Source: Protoeuglena noctilucae (Eukaryota). From it: a DNA stretch of 64,000 nucleotides. Of this stretch, positions 13,801-26,722 are shown in pieces. The notes under the pieces were generated by a model. The model worked only from the letters and a program-made list of their open reading frames with translations. It was not told the origin of the DNA and ran no database searches. Location of the stretch: the NCBI GenBank assembly GCA_958009085.1, contig OY253685.1:806001-870000 (forward strand), given 5' to 3'. Numbering within the stretch: position 1 is the first letter of the stretch; the number at the start of each line of letters is the position of its first letter. The position numbers and the translations under genes were made by a program.

Positions 13801-15184
13801 CCGGCGGAGGGCGCAGGCCACGCGGCAAGGCCGAGCCTGGCTCGCACCCCGCGACGTCGCATGGCGCCGCGACCACCCCGACCCTCGCCCCCGTCCCCAC
13901 CCCCACGTCCGCGTCTTCGCGCTCCCCCAGCCCCGCCACCCTCGCGGCAGCCGCGCCGCACCTGGCCGGCACCCCCCTCACCGCCGCCGAGGATCGTGCT
14001 CTGCTCTCCGAGGACCCCCGCGGCACGTCCTTTGTGCGGTGCCGCGAGGTGCTGGCCCGCCGCCTGTTCCTCATGTTCCGCCGCACGGTCCTGGACGAGC
14101 GAATCTCCGAGGACCTGGAGCTGCGGTGGTCGCCCAAGCTGCTCACCACAGCCGGCCGTGCGCACGGCAAGCGTCGCGTGGCGGGTCTCGCGCTCCGCGT
14201 CGATGCCCACGTGGAGCTCTCCACGAAGGTCCTCGACTGCTACAGCCGTTTGCGATCCGTTCTGGCCCATGAGTTATGCCACGTGGCGGCGTTCGTGGTG
14301 GACCAGTGCTTCAAGCCGCCCCACGGCACCGTCTTCCACAAGTGGGGCGCCAGATTCACCCGGGCGTACCCGGACATCCAGGCGAGGAGTGCAGAGGGTG
14401 GCGTGGGGGGTGATGCAGCTGCAGGTGTGTGTGATTGGGGATGCATGGGTGGGTTGGTGGTTCATGCCTTGGGGTGACGTGACTGCGGCAGTGACCATGG
14501 CAGCATGAACTGATCAACGGGTGCATAACGTTGCATCGCAGGTGACCCGCTGCCACGCGTACGAGGTGCACCGCCCCCACTCCTGGGAGTGCCGGGGCTG
14601 CGGGCAGGTGTACAGCCGGCACTCCAAGAGCATTGACGTCGAGAGGCACCGTTGCAGCGTGTGCCGGGGCCAGCTGTCCTACCGGGGTGTCACGCGCGCG
14701 GACGGGACGCCCGCCAAGCCACGCCAGGCCACCGCGTACCAGAGATTCCAGAAGGAGCACTTTGAGGCCGTCAAGGTGATTATGTGATTGATAACGCGAC
14801 CATCAACTATGCGATACGGGTCCTAGATGACTGCCACTGTCACTGCCAGTCACTGACCACGACAAGTGGAGATGTCATCACCACTGCCGATCTGCCGACC
14901 CTTGTTGTTCCCCAAGTGTTGTAATTGCCTCTCACATGCAGGCATCTTTGGGACCTCATGCGACGCTGGGCGAGGTGACGCGGGAGGTGGCGCGGCGGTG
15001 GAGGGAGGCCAAGGAAATGGGTGGGGGTGGCGCGGGGGCTGAGAGCGCGGGTGGGGTTGAGGGGGCTGAGGGGGAGGGGTCTGTGGTGGGTGAAGAGAGC
15101 GGGGTGGAGAGCGACGGGGGCGAGGGGTCGGAGGGGAGTGGGGCTGAGGGGATCGAGCGCGGCATGCGTGCCATGGGAATGTGA
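10863..15184 (+). CDS. GCNA: GCNA/ACRC-like SprT (Spartan-family) metalloprotease: long acidic disordered N-terminus, SprT domain, zinc finger, HMG-box-like tail
   Basis: Exons about 10863-11031, 11124-11357, 11449-12598, 12698-13427, 13584-14381, 14542-14775, 14942-15184. Motifs LRWSPKLLTTAGRA, VELSTKVLD, LAHELCH (HExxH), PHGTVFHKW, VTRCHAYEV, WECRGCG..YSRHSKSID...RCSVCRG, AYQRFQKEHF and EVARRWREAK. GC donor at 14382. Confidence 0.85.
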
Positions 15185-15499
15185 GGTGGTGGAGAGACGG
15201 GGCTTGGTATGAATCGAGTGTAGTAGTGGGTAGCGTCTGCCGTAGTGTTGGTGCAATGTGAGGGAGGTTGGGGTGCATGGCGTCGGGGCATTGGTCATCG
15301 GTGTCGCCACTCCATCGTGATGTTCGTGTTTCAAGAGCATGTGATGGAAGCGGGTCCACGACAGCGACACGCGTTGTCGCGCCAGAGTGGCGGTCGGCAT
15401 TGATGATGAACCGTCGTCACCCTCTTGGTCGTATTCATTCTATTCACTACCCTCTTCCATGACTCCTGTTTCAAACGCGGTCACCCCACCACCCCCGCC

Positions 15500-18400
15500 T
15501 CATTCCAGCGTCAGCGCGCGCGCCTTGTCTGCCCCCGCCACGCGTGCCACCGCCTCCCCCAGAGGCACCTGACCCATGTCACCCCCGTGGTACGTCCTCA
15601 ACGCCACCATCCCGGCCTCCTCCTCCTTACCCCCCAGCACCACCATCACCGGCACCTGAGATGGCGACATGAGTGAGGAGATGAGAGGAGATGAGATGCG
15701 CCCAAGAGCCCCTTAGTCTTATTCCCCATCCCTCCCTACCTCCATTCATCCATCATTCACACCTCTACCCATCTCCCACCCCTCCTACCTACCCCATCCA
15801 TCGCCACACATCACCACCCCTCCACACCCTCCCCACCTTGGCCGTCTCTGCGTTGCGGATGAGCTTGGCAATGCGCTCGCCGCTGTGGATCTCCGCTCGG
15901 ATGCCCGCCGCCTGGAACTGCCTGCGAGGGGCGACAGGCACAGCCACGCTGGCATCGAAAGCACCGCAACAGCAAAACCTTATGCGGATTGCTACACCGC
16001 TGAAGTCACTTCTCATTCACCCCACCCATCCCACCCCCACCCTGTTCCCTACCGTGGGAACCCCACCCTTACCACGCCCGCCCCACCCCCACTACGCCCC
16101 TCCCACCCCAACCCCCGTCCCCCGGTAATGATATCCCTGCCACTCGCTCACTCGAGCACTTTCTTGGCGTATCCGTCCTGCTTGTCCGTGATGGGCAGGA
16201 TGCGCACTTGCACGGGCGCCAGCCACAGGGGGAATGCCCCGGCGTAGTTTTCCGTCAAAACACCGAAGAAGCGCTCAAGCGACCCAAGGATGGCGCGGTG
16301 GATCATGATGGGGCGCTCCCTGAGGGAGAGAAGCGGATGGTATGTGATATTGATACTGTTATTGGTACTACAATGGGTGAGTAAATCACGGGACCCCAGG
16401 ATGGCGCGGTGGATCATGATGGGGCGCTCCCTGGGAGAGAGACAGGTAGATAGTATGAGATATCAATACAAGTCCCATCAGCATGAGAGTAGTCTTTGTT
16501 AGCCAACCAACCCCACAACCTCCATTCATGTGTCTGCCATCACTCCGCCACCCACCCACTCACCTCCCGTTGTCCTCCGTCACGTACTCGAGGCCGGACC
16601 TCTCCGGCAGGTTGAAGTCGAGCTGGATGGTCGAGCACTGCCACTTGCGACCAATGGCGTCCAAAATCTTGATGTCGATCTTCGGGCCGTAGAAGGCACC
16701 CCCGCCCTCGTCCACACCGAACTCCCAGCCCTGGGGAAGCGACAGCGACAGCGACGGTTCGGCAAAAGGGTCAATGGGTGGGGTAAGCACGGAGCTGACA
16801 ACTTCGCAGGATTGATGCAGCACTTGCAATGCCAATAGTACTACTCATCTCCCGATCCTGTTCCGACGTGGCAGTCCACGCCATCACCCACCCCACGCCC
16901 TCTCCTCGCCACCACCTCGGCAGTCCGTGCACCCACCCTACTCCCTCAACAACCCCACTCCCCACCCACCTTGGCAATCCATAACATCACCCACCCCACT
17001 CCCTCAACCACCCCCGTCCGCTAACATCACCCACCTTGGCCGTCAGCGCCTTCCTGAGCGCCGACTCCGCCCTTTCCCATATGGCGTCATCCCCCACGCT
17101 CTTCTCGGGCCGAGTGGAGAGGTTGATCTCGTAGCCACGGAACCCAAACGTCGACAGGACCTCCTCCACCAGGTCCAGCACGCCAATGATCTCACCCTCG
17201 ATCTGCAGAGAGAGAGATGGGGTGATGTTAGCTGTTGCCAGTCAGCGGTGAGGGATGGACTGCGGTGTGCCTGGCACTGGCCAGGACTGATGACCGTGGC
17301 GTGTGTGGCGCGGGTGAGTCGCTAACCCTAACGTTCCCAACGCGCATGCCTGTTCCCCCAGCACAGTCACACTACTTGGGTAGTTAATGCAGTTAACTGA
17401 CCATCACGTACATGCCTGCTACACACATCACTGTCCCACCTCCACACAACTACCCCTCTCCCCCCCTCGCCTGGTCGGGCAGGCAGAAAATGTGCCCGTC
17501 GTCCTGCGTGAACCCCCTCACGCGGAAGAGGCCGTGCATCGTGCCCGAGCGCTCGTACCGGTACACCGTGCCCAACTCGGCGAACCGCACGGGGAGCTGG
17601 CGGTACGACACGGGCGCGTCCTTGTACACCGCGATGTGGAAGGGGCAGTTCATGGGCCGCAGCTGGTACTGTTCGTCCTCCACGTCCATCTGATCGTACA
17701 TGTTCTCATGGTAGAAGTCGTAGTGGCTGCAATGAGGGGGTGTAAGAGTCGTGTCGCACTGCGCGAATGGCCAGCATGTTGGGAGACTCTAGACCACTGC
17801 CCCACCTCATGCACCATCCATCGGTGTTCTCACCCCCAATGCCCATCCTCACCCTCACCACCACCACCAACCTCACCCTCACTGTCACCCTCACCACCAC
17901 CACCACCCTCACCCTCACCCACACCCTCACCCTCACCACACCCACCCTAACCCCCTCACCCCGACGTCTTCCACAGGTCGACCTTGGCCACGTGGGGCGT
18001 GTAGACCAACTGATACCCCCGCCGCAGGTGCACGTCCTTCCAGAAGCTCTCAATCACGTGGCGCACCATGGCGCCCTTGGGGTGCCAGAACACGAGACCA
18101 CCCCCCGCCGTCTCCTGGATGGAGAAGAGCGATAGCTCCTGGCCCAGCTTGCGGTGATCGCGCTTCTTGGCCTCCTCCTTTACGTGCAAATAGTAGGCTG
18201 GGTGACGGGAAAGGGGGACAGTTGGGACTTGTAGTCTATCGATAGACGGCTGGTAGATGTCGGCTATCTGCGACACCCATCCCAGCTGCTCAAGCGTCTC
18301 ACACACCTCAGCAGCACCCATTCCCCACTCACCCAGCTGCTCTGGCGTCTCCCACACGGTGCCGTAGATGCGCTGCAGCATCTGGCGCTTCTCGTCCCCC

Positions 18401-19999
18401 CGCCAGTACGCCCCCGCGACCGTCTCCAGTTCCAATGCGTCCGTGTTGATGTCCGACGTCTTGGACACGTGAGGGCCCGCACACAGGTCCCACCAGTGCT
18501 GCGGTGACAAACACAGAGTGAGAGATGAGACGATGAGGGCAAGGAGGGTGGCGTGCCATCTCCCATAGTGCAAGTCTGTGTGCACCCTAGACTGCGTGGC
18601 TGCCATTACACAGCTTCTATGTGTTGGCAACCGCGCTCACTGCCGACTAGCTCCCCTCCAACCCGCACCTCCGGGTGCCCCGGCTCCCCGATGTGGTAAA
18701 TGGTGATGGGCGCCGAGGGGTCCTTCTCCACAATTCCCTGCAATATCTCCAGCTTGTAGGGCTCGCCCAGCGCACGGATGCGACTCTCGGCCTCGTCCTT
18801 CGTCACCTCCTCCCGGATGAAGGGGAGGCCCTTGCGGCTGCGGGAGCGGGCACGAGGGGGTCACACACATGAGCGACCCAGAAGGTCAGGGTTATATGGT
18901 CGATGCGAGCATGGACGAGTGTCCCAGGCTCGGAGTCCACGCAAGTAGACCTAAGAAACGGCCAGATAGATACGACCGTGCTGATGCTGGCATGTTGTGT
19001 TCCGAAAGCGCCTGGCCAGCCACACGCCCGTCACCAGATGCGCCGCATCTCCTTCTTGATGGCCGTCAGGTCCTTGTCCGACAGCTGCTCCGGGATGTCA
19101 AAGTCGTAGTAGAAGCCCCGATCGATCCAGGGACCGATGGTGACCTGCGCGTTCTTGTGCAGCCGCTGCACCGCCATCGCCATGATGTGGGCGCACGAGT
19201 GGCGCAGCCGGAGGAGCGCGTCCGACTCGTCCGACGTCGGGAGAGGCACCGGCGCCACGGTCTCCGCTCCCTTCGACGTCTCGCCGGCCCCGCGGCCCTT
19301 CCGCTCCTGCACCTCGAGCTGCTGCGCGTGCGCCACCACGTTGACGTTCACGTGCCGGCCCTGGGGCCCCGCGCCGACCAGGCCCCCGACCACGGCGGGG
19401 TGCCGGCAGAAAGCTGGCGACAGCGCCGCCCTGCGGACGCGACAAGCGGGTATGAATCGCTGCGGGCGCGGCCCAGGGTTGCGGATGATGCCCACGGGCG
19501 GCAGCCACCCGGGGGCCCCGCGCGCGTCCAGAGGTTCGTCAGAGGGACGTGTACAACTCAACAAGTCATCGTCTGCATGCGCGCCCCCCTCGGATGAAGG
19601 ACGGGCGCCGAATGGATGGCTGGCCGAGCTGCCCGCGCGCCCGGGCCCAACGCGCGGGCGTCGCAGGATAACTGAAGCGAAACGCACGCGCTCACGCACA
19701 ATGAGAGACGCATTTGCCAGGTAAACCGCTCAGCGACCGCGAATGCGACGCGGCGGACGCGGGCACTTCGCAGCTGCACCACCTCGCGCCACAGCACGTC
19801 TAGCCCGCTGGAGGTCGCCCGTGCCCGGGCCCATCCACCTGCCCGCGACGCCCACGAGCGAATTGTGCAACGCGGGAGGCGGGGACGCCGCGTCGGGCCT
19901 TGGAGCCGAGCTTTCGTGGCCGCGCGCTCACCTCCCGGCCCCAGCCGCGGCGCGCGGGGCGCAGCGCCTCGCATTAGCAACCACACGCATCGCCGGCAT
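15500..19999 (-). CDS. thrS: Threonyl-tRNA synthetase, organellar (bacterial-type) with transit peptide
   Basis: Exons 19999-19932 (tentative), 19430-19035, 18837-18669, 18498-18333, 18197-17960, 17726-17471, 17202-17035, 16730-16564, 16319-16152, 15921-15837, 15655-15500. Motifs [107 protein letters not shown] and [10 protein letters not shown]. Confidence 0.95.
17851..17945. repeat. Intronic (CACCCT)/(CAC)n low-complexity repeat
   Basis: Lies directly after the ThrRS donor at 17959 and reads as (GAGGGT)n on the transcript strand. Confidence 0.7.
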
Positions 20000-20247
20000 G
20001 CACCGCTGGATCATCGGCCCGCAGCGTCGGTGGCGCCCAGCGCTCTTCGACCCCGAGACCCCGGCGCGCGGTAAATCCACGCTCCCAGCCAGGTCACCGG
20101 ACAACAACAGGGATCGCGGCACCGAATGCGCTCGTCAGGACGCGATGCCGACGAAAAGTGAGGTCGACGACTGGCGTCCCCGGTCAGACTGACCCGTTGA
20201 GCGCCACATTGGCGCGTCTTCGAGCACGGCACGGCCCTCACCGAGTG

Positions 20248-22897
20248 ATGGTCAGGTGAGGTTGCTCGTCTGGTTTTCGCTGACGCTGTTGGGAAGGCCC
20301 CGCGGCGCGCAGGTGCAGCCGGTGGCGCTGATTGCAGGCATTCCACTGCAAGAAGCCACACCTTTGCCGCAGGAGGTATGGCGCTGCGGGTCACGGGGGA
20401 GGGGCGCTCGCTCCTCAGCGCCCTGGGCCATGACTGGGGAGGGCCCAGCGCCCACGCCGCGCCGCCGACGCCCGCCGCGACGGCAGACGTGACGAGAATG
20501 GCGGAGGGCATGTCTGCCATCGACCGGGTGAAGCAGTCCTTCGGCCTGCTGACCAGGAAGACCAGCGAGAGCAGCGCGGTGCAGAAGATCCTGGTGGGCG
20601 CCATTGGATGCGCGCATCGTCCTCTCGCGCATGCAACAGAGCCTTACTCTCGTACGGAAGCTATGGCCATGCTTTCATCCCCCACAGGAGCACAGGCTCG
20701 CGCAGTCGGATGAGAAGGTGCAGAACCTGACCAGGTTGCTCCAGGGCGAGCGGGAGGTGAGGATGGCGACTTGCGCCTCGATCTTCGCTCAGAATCCTGA
20801 TTGACACCTGCGGAGCGCCTCCTCGTCGCGTGCGTGCCCTCACCGGCTCCCGACGCGAGCAGGGCCCTCTCTTGACGCGCAGCACTCGACTCGGCTCAAG
20901 CAGCGCATCGGCGAGGACCAGAAGGTGCTTCAGAACCTCATGAGAGATGTGAAACAGATATCGGAGAAGCACGCCGTGCTCCAGGAGGTCATTGACGCCC
21001 TGAAGGCGAGCCGGCGTGGTGCACGCGCCTGCAGCTCCTCCCGGCGACGCGCGTCAGTGACCAGCGACGATAGAGCCGTCGTCGCTGCCGCAGAAAGAGC
21101 AATCGGAGGCCAGGTCGTATCAGGAGATGAGCAACAGGGAGCTGCGGGAGCAGATGTCGTGGTGCGACGAGGTCGTGGCCAAGGCCGAGGCCCTGCGCGC
21201 CGAGAGGGACGGGCTCCGGGAGACTCTGGCGGCGCGGGAGAAGACGTGGAAGGCAGAGAATGCGGCCGTTCACCAGGTGCCCTCGCGCGGGGCCAGGAGC
21301 GGCACTGCCAGCGCAGCAGAGGCACTGCAATCTGTTCCCCAACTCGTTTTCATCTTCTCCGCAGAAGACGGAGGAGCTTGCGGGCCTGCTGGAGTCGCTC
21401 CACGCGCAGGAGCAGGAGCAGGCGGAGCACGCGCGGGCCATGGCGCAGCAGGTGGCGGCACTGCAGGGCCTGGTGCGGGGCGCCAACGAGGCGGTGGCGG
21501 CAGCAGAGAGGCAGCTGGAGCAGGCGGCGGAGGACGCGGAGAGGCACCGGAGCAACCACGCCCGGGCGGCGCGGGAGGCGGCGGGGCTGGCAGAGGAGCT
21601 GGCGGCGGCGCGGGCAGCGGCAGAGGAGGCGGCGGCAGAGGCGGAGACCCGGCTGCGAGAGGCGGAGGCGCGGCTGGCCGAGGAGCGGGCGGAGGCTGCG
21701 GCGCGGGCGAAGGAGCTTGCCGACAGCGTGTCGCGGGAGCGCGAGGAGTGGGAGTCGCAGCGGGCGCGGTTGGCAGCGGACGTGGAGGCAGCGCGGGGGG
21801 AGGCAGCTGCGGAGCGGGAGCGCGCCGCGGCGGCGGAGGCGGCGCGGGCGGAGGCGGTCCGTGACGCGGAGACTGCGCGCGACGCGGCGGCGCAGGCGGA
21901 GCGGCGCCTGGCCGAGGCACGGGAGCGGGCCCAGGGGCAGGCGGAGCGCAACGCGCGTGCCCTGGACGATCTGCGGGTCAAATTCCAGTCCGAGCGAAAC
22001 GAGCTGTGCCTGGGACACGAGAAGCGCGTCCAGGAGCTCGAGAGCGCGCGGCGGGGTGCGCTGGGGGGACAGCGGCGCACACCCACAGGCAGCGTGGCGG
22101 GCGGCGTGTCAAACTGGCCCTTGCTGTGACGCAGCTCTCTTTTCGCGACGTGCAGCGACAGCCCGCGTGATTGTTCCCCTGCCCTGCCCGCAGAAGCGGA
22201 GGCAAGGGCCACACAGGCGTACGCGGATGGGGAGCGCCTCGCCGCGCAGGACGCGCGCGAGAGGGCGGCTGCGGGGGCCCGCGCCCTGGAGCACGCGGAG
22301 CGGAGGATCGGCGAGCTTCAGGCGCAGTTGGAGGAGGCGACGGCGCGGAGGAAGGGCGCGGAGGCCGCACTGGCGCATGCCAAGGTGTGTCAGGGGACTG
22401 CACTGTACTGCTGAGCGCGCTTCACGGGTTCTGTGGTTGCCGAGGACGTGCTGTTGAAACACAAGGTCCTCTCGCCTTGCTTGCAGAAGGACCTGGCAGA
22501 CCTCCGGCAGGCGGTAGAGCGCCACAAGCGCCACCCGCCCCACGCAACCGCGGCGCACCTGCCGCCCCTGCCCACCAAGCCAGTCCCGGCGGCGGGGCTG
22601 CCCAGCACTGGGCCCGCGCCGCTCCCGCTCGTCGCTGACGCCGGCAAGCCGCGGTCCCGCCGCGCCAGGCGCCCCAAACGTCACCGGTCCCAGTCTGACG
22701 AGGACGAGGCGCCAGTCCGGGGGGCGCAGGGGCCGACGGCGGGCGCTGTGGCGGCCCCTCCGCCGCGGCCGGAGGTGCCTGCCGGGGCGCGCGGGAGGCG
22801 CTCGGACAAGCCGGGCCCTTTGCCGCTGGCGGCGTCAGCGGCACTGTTTGGGGGGACGCCATGGGACCCCTACTCTTTCGACAACGGGTCGCCCTGA
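20248..22897 (+). CDS. Uncharacterised long coiled-coil protein
   Basis: Exons 20248-20255 (tentative), 20338-20593, 20688-20756, 20883-21005, 21094-21276, 21365-22055, 22194-22384, 22487-22897 join in phase. A/E/R/Q-rich heptad-like sequence with a Pro-rich tail. No family recognised. Confidence 0.65.
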
Positions 22898-23768
22898 TGC
22901 GTGGGTCTCTGGCGACCACGGACACAGCGCCGCAAGCAGCGCGAGGCGCGGTCTCGACGCGATTGCATGTGACTAGCATGTGACTGTATGTGACGAGGGA
23001 CTTCAACATGGTCACGGGAAACGGGAAGTGTCCAAGCGCGGTGCTAGATCAGGCGAAAAACGAACCAGCAAGCCAGCATGGGCTGAGCCCGTGGGAGGGG
23101 CGCGTGACGGCCCGCACGAGAGCGGGCCTCGCTGACTTAGGGTCCGAGTCTCTGGGCGACATGCTTCGCCATAGCATGTGAAAGGGAAGGCGCGCACAGG
23201 CGGCGGCGGCCTCGCATCCATGCAAGGCCGTCGTGGCAGCTATCCATCATGCAGCATCTGCACTGAAGTCGGGGTCGGTGTGTGGCGCTAGGCTTGCTCC
23301 GGCCATCACAGGCCGAGCTCCGCTCAAACGAACATCAACCATCGTGGCCCCGCCTTGGCGGAGCTGTGTGCTGGCACCCGGGGGGCCAGAGGGAAGACAA
23401 AAGGCCTCACTGCGAGGGGTTGATCCCGCACGTCCAGGACTGGGGTGTTGGGAGACGACCCCGGCCACAGGAATCAGGAGGCATGAGACTCTGAAAAGTG
23501 TCCCTAAGGCGAGGTGAGAGCCTCGCGACGGGAGAAGAACGGAGGGCGCCCCGGACTGGCGCAGGGCTGATGCACAAGAGGAGGAGGCCCGCAGCAGCAG
23601 TCCGGGGATGCGACCCGGCGCGGCGTGGCCCGAGCCGCGGTGATAAGTGGTACGGCTTTCGGCGCCCGGGTGGGGCGGGGACCAAAAGGGGCCATGCGTT
23701 AGGCATGGCGATTGCGGACGCAGGCCCAGCAATCGTGGACACGACAGCGTCCCATTGGTTCCGCGTGC

Positions 23769-26410
23769 TCACGACGCCATGGGCGCTGTCCGGCGTAGGT
23801 CGACGCTACGCTTGGAAAGCACGTCAGAGTTGGCGATCGATGTGTCCTGTGCAGGCCTGCGGGAACGGGCGGGAGGCGGGCGACCTCGCGAACTGTGCTG
23901 GTGTGCATGTCTCACAAGCACATTCCAGGCAACGCCAGCACCATGCCGCATCCGCATCGCTGCCCACCTCCTGCAGAAGATGCGCTGCCAGAAGCCTGGC
24001 TGGGCGTTTTTGGTCCCCGACCCCTTGGGCGTGGCCGACAGCCCGCTCCGCCCCTGCCCCTTGCTCGGCCCCTTGCGCGTCGCATCCGACGTCGACGCCC
24101 ACCGCCCTCCCCTTCCTGCAGGGTTGCAGAGCAAGGTTAGGTGAGAACGAAACAGTCGGCAACGCATTTGACAGTCATGGAGTCTCCGTGGGTTGTCGAA
24201 GAGGACGAGGGGCGTGGGGCGCTCACCAGGCAGGCTGCTGGCCATGGAGTCCCGGACCTCGATGGGCACCGTGGTGGGGGTGTCGGTGCCTTGGTCGGTG
24301 CACGCGCGTCCCCGGCTGGGTGCGTCGCTCATCGCGAGGCTCTGCATGGTCTGGAGGGGGAGCTGGGCGTCCATGCTGTGCACGCCGCGCCGGGACGATG
24401 CTGGGGGAGCGGCCGTGTTTACGTGCAGGCGCCAGACGGTGGTGCCGCTGTCGCTGACGCCCCCCTCCTTGACGCCGCCCGAGGGTGCCGCGTCGATCGC
24501 CGCGCTCCCGTCCGTCGAGGACGAGTTCATGGTCGCGTAGTGCTTGGTGCCTGCGCTGCTGCGCATGGACTGCCGCCGCGTGGCCAGCGATAACTGCCGC
24601 GCCGGGGCGAGCTCGCGCCACTTGACGGGCCGGGTGTTCTGGATGATGAAGGGATGGTTGTACAGCTCCTCCGCTGCGGGGCACGAGGCGGGTGCGTGGG
24701 GTCGCAAGGCCCGTTGCGGCATCCGGCAACCCTGCCACCCGCGACCGTCTTGTGAGCCCAGCGAGCTCTTGCGTGCTCAGCGAGACACTGCGCAACCGCC
24801 CCTTTCGCGGCTCACCGGTGGCGCGGACGAGGTCATCCCAGCACAGGCACTGCATGATGAAGGACTGGGCCAGGGGGCTCAGGCGCTGGAACTCCTCGCG
24901 CGTCTCAGGCCCCTCCTTGACGAGGGAGTGCAGCACGTCGCGTTCCTTCTCCCCCGAGAAGAGCCCCGTCCCCGTCAGCAGCTCCCACACCATCACGCCC
25001 AGCGACCAGATGTCCGAAGCGGGGCCGTAGCTGCGGCGCTGGGTCCGGGGCACCTGCGGCGCGAGATAGGAGGGTCAGTTGAAACGTGCAACGGGGGCAT
25101 CGGCGAGTCGCGAGCAGCGACGGGCGGGCAGGCGCACCTCGTGGCGCAAGGGGCCCTGGGGGTCGGAGGGGTCGTCGAGGAGGACCTCGGGGGCCATCGC
25201 GACGAGGGTGCCGAGCTGCGTCAGGGCGCGGTCCCGCCTCGCGATGTCGATGGCGAACCCGAGGTCGGTGAGCTCGACGTGGCCGTCCTCGTCGGCGAGC
25301 ACGTTCTCGAGCTTGATGTCGCGGTGCACGATGCCCCGCATGTGCAGGTACCCGAGCGCGCTGAGCATCGGGAGCACGACCCGCGACGCGATGACCCGCT
25401 CGTCCCGCGTCATGACGCGCAGGCAGGACGCCAGGCTCCCGCACCGCGCGTAGGGCATGAGGACGCACAGGAACTCCCCGTCCCGGAAGGCCGCGCACAG
25501 CGGCGTGATGTTCGGGTGGTCCATGGACGCGTGGATGTCGATCTCGCGCTTGAGTGCCTTGTGGAGGCCCGAGGTGAGCGATGGGAGGTGGTAGACCTTG
25601 AGAGCCAGCGTCATCTGCGTGTGCTTGTCCATGACCTTGTAGACGCGGGACACCATGCCCTCTCCGATCCTGCGGGCGTGTGGAAAGGGGCGCAGGTCGA
25701 GCGATGCGAGAGTGTGGGAGCGGGCGCGGGTCGAGCGGTGGGGCAGGGCGCGCGCTGCGGGGTGCAACAGGGGAAGTCAACGTCGGGCCCCGTCCCGCTC
25801 AACGACGCCGGGAGCGGGGGCGCAAGTCGGCAGGCGCAGAGAAAACAAGACAAACTGAGGGGCGATCGGGTCGGATTCCCATTAGTCCGCCCCGGATGCG
25901 CGCACGAATGGATTCACGCCCCGGTTCACGTTTCGCGCCCCCCGCGAAAATGCGCATCCGGGGGGGCTGAAAATTGCGGCTTTGAAAATGAGGAGCGAAA
26001 GAGGAGCTGGGAGGACCCTCCGTTGAGGTCAGCAGTCCCATCGACCGGTAAAAAGAAGGCGGGGAGGCGGGCGCCACATCTCCGAGCACCATGGGAATTA
26101 GGGGGTCAAAAGTGCTCTCTTTTGATTCATTTTATCCGTGGGCAGCACCGGCGGGAATGATACCCCACAGGTGCGGCGCATGGGCGTGCCTGACAAGGCC
26201 CACGCTTCGCGCACACTAGGACGCAGGCTGCGCGTCCCCAGACGTCCCCAGGCCGCCCGACGCACTCGCCGCTTACCTCTTATCCTTGACGAAACGCTTG
26301 ATGCAGAGAGTGCTCCCGGTCGTGACCAATTGGTGCGGGCATCGGCAGCCCACCACCACGGAGCCGTCCGGGAGGGCGCTCTCGATGTCCCACTCTGGCT
26401 CAGCCGCCAT
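23769..26410 (-). CDS. Aurora-like Ser/Thr protein kinase
   Basis: Exons 26410-26277, 25669-25138, 25053-24816, 24673-23769, with a probable in-frame intron at 24226-24116. Motifs IGEGMVSRV, LALKVY, REIDIHASMDHPNI, HRDIKLEN, DLG (DFG position), GTLVAMAPE, DIWSLGV and HPFI. The 3' end is uncertain. Confidence 0.85.
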
Positions 26411-26722
26411 TTTATCCCCAGATTCCCTCACAAAGCAGCGCGGAGTGGGCGAGGAGAGCGCGGGGACGCCCAGAGGTTCAAATACTCTGGGGGGTGCTCG
26501 AAATGCCTCTTCGACCCGGCCGACGGGGGAGTTATGACGTAAGTGAGCGAAGGATGCGGAGGCTCGTCCGTGATGCTCCGGGAATTTGGAATTCCGGCCT
26601 GGTCGGTAGGACTGGCGTGGGGGCACTACCCGAAACAGCCAACGGCCGGCCAGTCACTCGGACGAGCAGATTCAATGCGTACATTACGAGGTACGCAGGC
26701 CCAGGCCAGTTTACCCCTCGAA

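Noticed and set aside
22898..23768. ORFs between the convergent coiled-coil and kinase genes (23247..23732, 23498..24457)
   Set aside because: No motifs or coding-like composition. Probably UTR or intergenic.
25225..25275. Kinase DLG (for DFG) as a pseudokinase sign
   Set aside because: The catalytic Lys, HRD, Asn and Mg-binding Asp are intact, and DLG occurs in active kinases.
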